Below, piece by piece: positions 62,196 to 64,000 of a stretch of 64,000 nt of DNA. The stretch spans positions 30,242 through 94,241 of the forward strand of contig CAWGCC010000017.1 in assembly GCA_963820965.1 (NCBI GenBank), read 5' to 3'. The notes under the pieces were generated by a model. That model did no database searches and was not told the origin of the DNA. It saw nothing but the letters and a program-made list of their open reading frames with translations. Origin of the DNA: an uncultured beta proteobacterium. GTDB taxonomy: Bacteria > Pseudomonadota > Gammaproteobacteria > Burkholderiales > SG8-39. Made by a program: the position numbers and the translations under genes. The first letter of the stretch is position 1, and each line of letters opens with the position of its first letter.

Positions 62196-63683
62196 TCAGG
62201 ACGTCGGACTTGGCGAGCTGCGCGAGGTGCCCGCCGACGCTGCCAGCGGCTCCCTCAAGGCCGAAGCCATACGGCTGACGTCGCGCCAGACGCGCCGATC
62301 AAGCATCGAAACGAGAGCGAGATACGTGGCCGCACCCACTGCGATGAGGATCGGTAACCGGGAGAGGTCCTCGGCTGCCGCGAACATGAAGCGAGTCGCC
62401 GTCACCGTGGCGTACATCGCCGCGCCCGCCGCCACCGGCGCCCAGACCGCGACTCCGAGATCGGCGAACGTGAGCCTGAGCGCCTTGCCGACCTTCGGAA
62501 AAGCGAACGCGAAAATGACGGGTGTGGCGACGAGCCACGCCAAGGCCAACCCGTCTATGCCCCACTGCGTACCGATGAGAAAGGCGGGCAGCAGCACTGC
62601 GGCAGTCAGGATCGTATTCTGCACGTCGGCCGCCAGCTTGCCGAGCGCGGTCACCGACATGTGGAGCATCGAGGAGAGCATCCTCAAGGGCGCGACCAGG
62701 CTCACGACCTGGAGCGGAAATACGACTCCGGCCCATCTCTCGCCGAAGGCGAGCCGTACGAACTCCGGCGCAACCGAGGAAATTCCCCAGGCCGTCGGCA
62801 CGCTCACGAAGGTCAGCAGGCGGGTTGCGTCGAGCAACCGGGCGCGGAGTCGCGGGTGCTCGCCCTGGAGCCTTGCCACCGTCGAAAAGGCGACCTGGTT
62901 CACGACGCCCATGATGTGCTTCGTGGGCATGGTCGCGACCTGAAAGGCGACGGCATACGCGCCCACGGCCTCCTGCGTCAGGAGGCGTCCCGCGATCAGC
63001 ACGTCCGATTTGGTGATCGCCTCCCACGCCAGCCGGTTCGCGGTGAATACACCGCCGAATCCGAGGTGGCGCTTGATACCGTCCAGTCCAAAGACCGGGA
63101 GTACCGATTTGCCCCCGAGCAGCAGCAGGATCGCTCGCAGCCCGCCTCCGGCCAGATTGCCCAGCACCAATGCCCACACGCCCGCGCCGAACCAGGCCAG
63201 CCCAAGGGCGCAAAGGCTGGAAGCGAGTCCCACGACAAGCTCTATCCATGCGAGCCACTTGAAGTTCATGTCGCGGCGCGCCAGGGCCTGCGGCACGGTG
63301 CAGAGCGCATTGAGCGGAAACTGCAGGGCCAATACCTGCATGATGAGCGTCAGGCGGTCATCGCCGAAAGCGGCCGCCGCGAGCGGGGCGGCGAGCGCGA
63401 CCAGCAACCCCATCGCCAGATTCAGAGCGATCGGGATGCCGGCGACCTTCTGCAACTCTTCTCGCCCGAGCGTCGGGGACTGGATGAGCGATGGCCCCAT
63501 TCCGAGCTCGGCGACGCTCGCGACAACGACGATGATCACGGTGCTGATCGCCATCAGCCCATAGTCCTCGGGCGCCAGGAGGCGCAGCACCATGAGCATG
63601 ACGAGCCAGTTGACCGTCTGACCCAGGACCTTCGCGATGCTCGTCCATTTCAGGGCGGCAATCGCTTGTCTTTCGATGCTCAT
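62196..63683 (-). CDS. polysaccharide biosynthesis protein / oligosaccharide flippase (Wzx-like, MOP superfamily)
   Basis: 495 aa with about 12-14 TM segments. The N-terminal ALKWTSIAKVLGQTVNWLVMLMVLRLLAPEDYGLMA is typical of PST-family exporters. Confidence 0.8.
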   Translation of the reverse strand: MSIERQAIAALKWTSIAKVLGQTVNWLVMLMVLRLLAPEDYGLMAISTVIIVVVASVAELGMGPSLIQSPTLGREELQKVAGIPIALNLAMGLLVALAAPLAAAAFGDDRLTLIMQVLALQFPLNALCTVPQALARRDMNFKWLAWIELVVGLASSLCALGLAWFGAGVWALVLGNLAGGGLRAILLLLGGKSVLPVFGLDGIKRHLGFGGVFTANRLAWEAITKSDVLIAGRLLTQEAVGAYAVAFQVATMPTKHIMGVVNQVAFSTVARLQGEHPRLRARLLDATRLLTFVSVPTAWGISSVAPEFVRLAFGERWAGVVFPLQVVSLVAPLRMLSSMLHMSVTALGKLAADVQNTILTAAVLLPAFLIGTQWGIDGLALAWLVATPVIFAFAFPKVGKALRLTFADLGVAVWAPVAAGAAMYATVTATRFMFAAAEDLSRLPILIAVGAATYLALVSMLDRRVWRDVSRMASALREPLAASAGTSRSSPSPTS

Positions 63684-64000
63684 CTAGTGTTTCCTGAATG
63701 ACGTTTCTATGTCGCGTGGTCCGAGGGGTGTCTTCTGTGGCGCCGAGCGGACCTTAAGCGAAGCGGACGTCCGAAGCAATCGCTACGATGACCGTTCAGG
63801 ACCGAGCGCAGCCGGAGTCGATGGCCCGCTCACGCAGCTTCCCAGTCAAACTGTCGTTCTCCGAACCGGGCGCACCAATCTGGCGCGTGCAACACGCTGC
63901 GTTCAGATCGCCTGGTGCACACGAAGAGCGAGTAGCGCGCCGAGTTGGCGCGAGCGGGTGTCGTCGAAGGGAGACAGAAGACAGGCCAACGGCTTGCCCG

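Overview
This is a 64-kb, very GC-rich chromosomal segment, roughly 70 % G+C by eye and not computed. The gene content looks betaproteobacterial: an aceE-aceF-lpdA operon whose E3 carries a lipoyl domain, glnA-DUF4124-ntrB-ntrC, minCDE, and thiC behind a TPP riboswitch. That taxonomic reading is inference only. Most of the ORF track consists of long off-frame or antisense ORFs typical of high-GC DNA, so I called genes from recognisable protein sequence and corrected many starts. Most of the window is housekeeping: an ABC-2 exporter, rsmE, argA, yggX, phoU, rpiA, the PDH operon, folD, prlC, minCDE, xthA, aceB, gltS, ntrBC/glnA, ggt, uppP and thiC. I saw no rRNA, tRNA, CRISPR array or intact IS element. 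Three regions stand out. (1) The stretch from 21.3 to 29.4 kb, between minC and xthA, looks accessory. It holds an integrase fragment, a partner-switching-like operon (a cyclase-homology/STAS fusion, a CDF transporter and a frameshifted RsbW-like kinase) and a Tat-signal flavoprotein. It also holds a clearly lower-GC stretch (26.1-29.4 kb) that I read as an integron-type cassette array with no integrase in reach. In that stretch, three orphan ORFs each end in a ...CTAAC inverse-core heptamer, and each is followed by an attC-like imperfect palindrome. One ORF has a HEPN-like Rx4H motif and two have PD-(D/E)xK-like motifs. This is my best candidate for an undescribed toxin or defence cassette set. 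(2) From 51 to 62 kb, a Liv-type ABC importer is followed by an unusual catabolic operon. It encodes an aconitase-family dehydratase, an isocitrate-lyase-family lyase, a racemase-fold protein lacking the usual cysteines, a cyclic amidohydrolase, a split TPP decarboxylase and an ACT-domain protein. (3) Several smaller oddities are present: a perfect 27-bp x7 repeat inside aceF, a perfect 117-bp tandem duplication, and a cyanase gene truncated by ggt.
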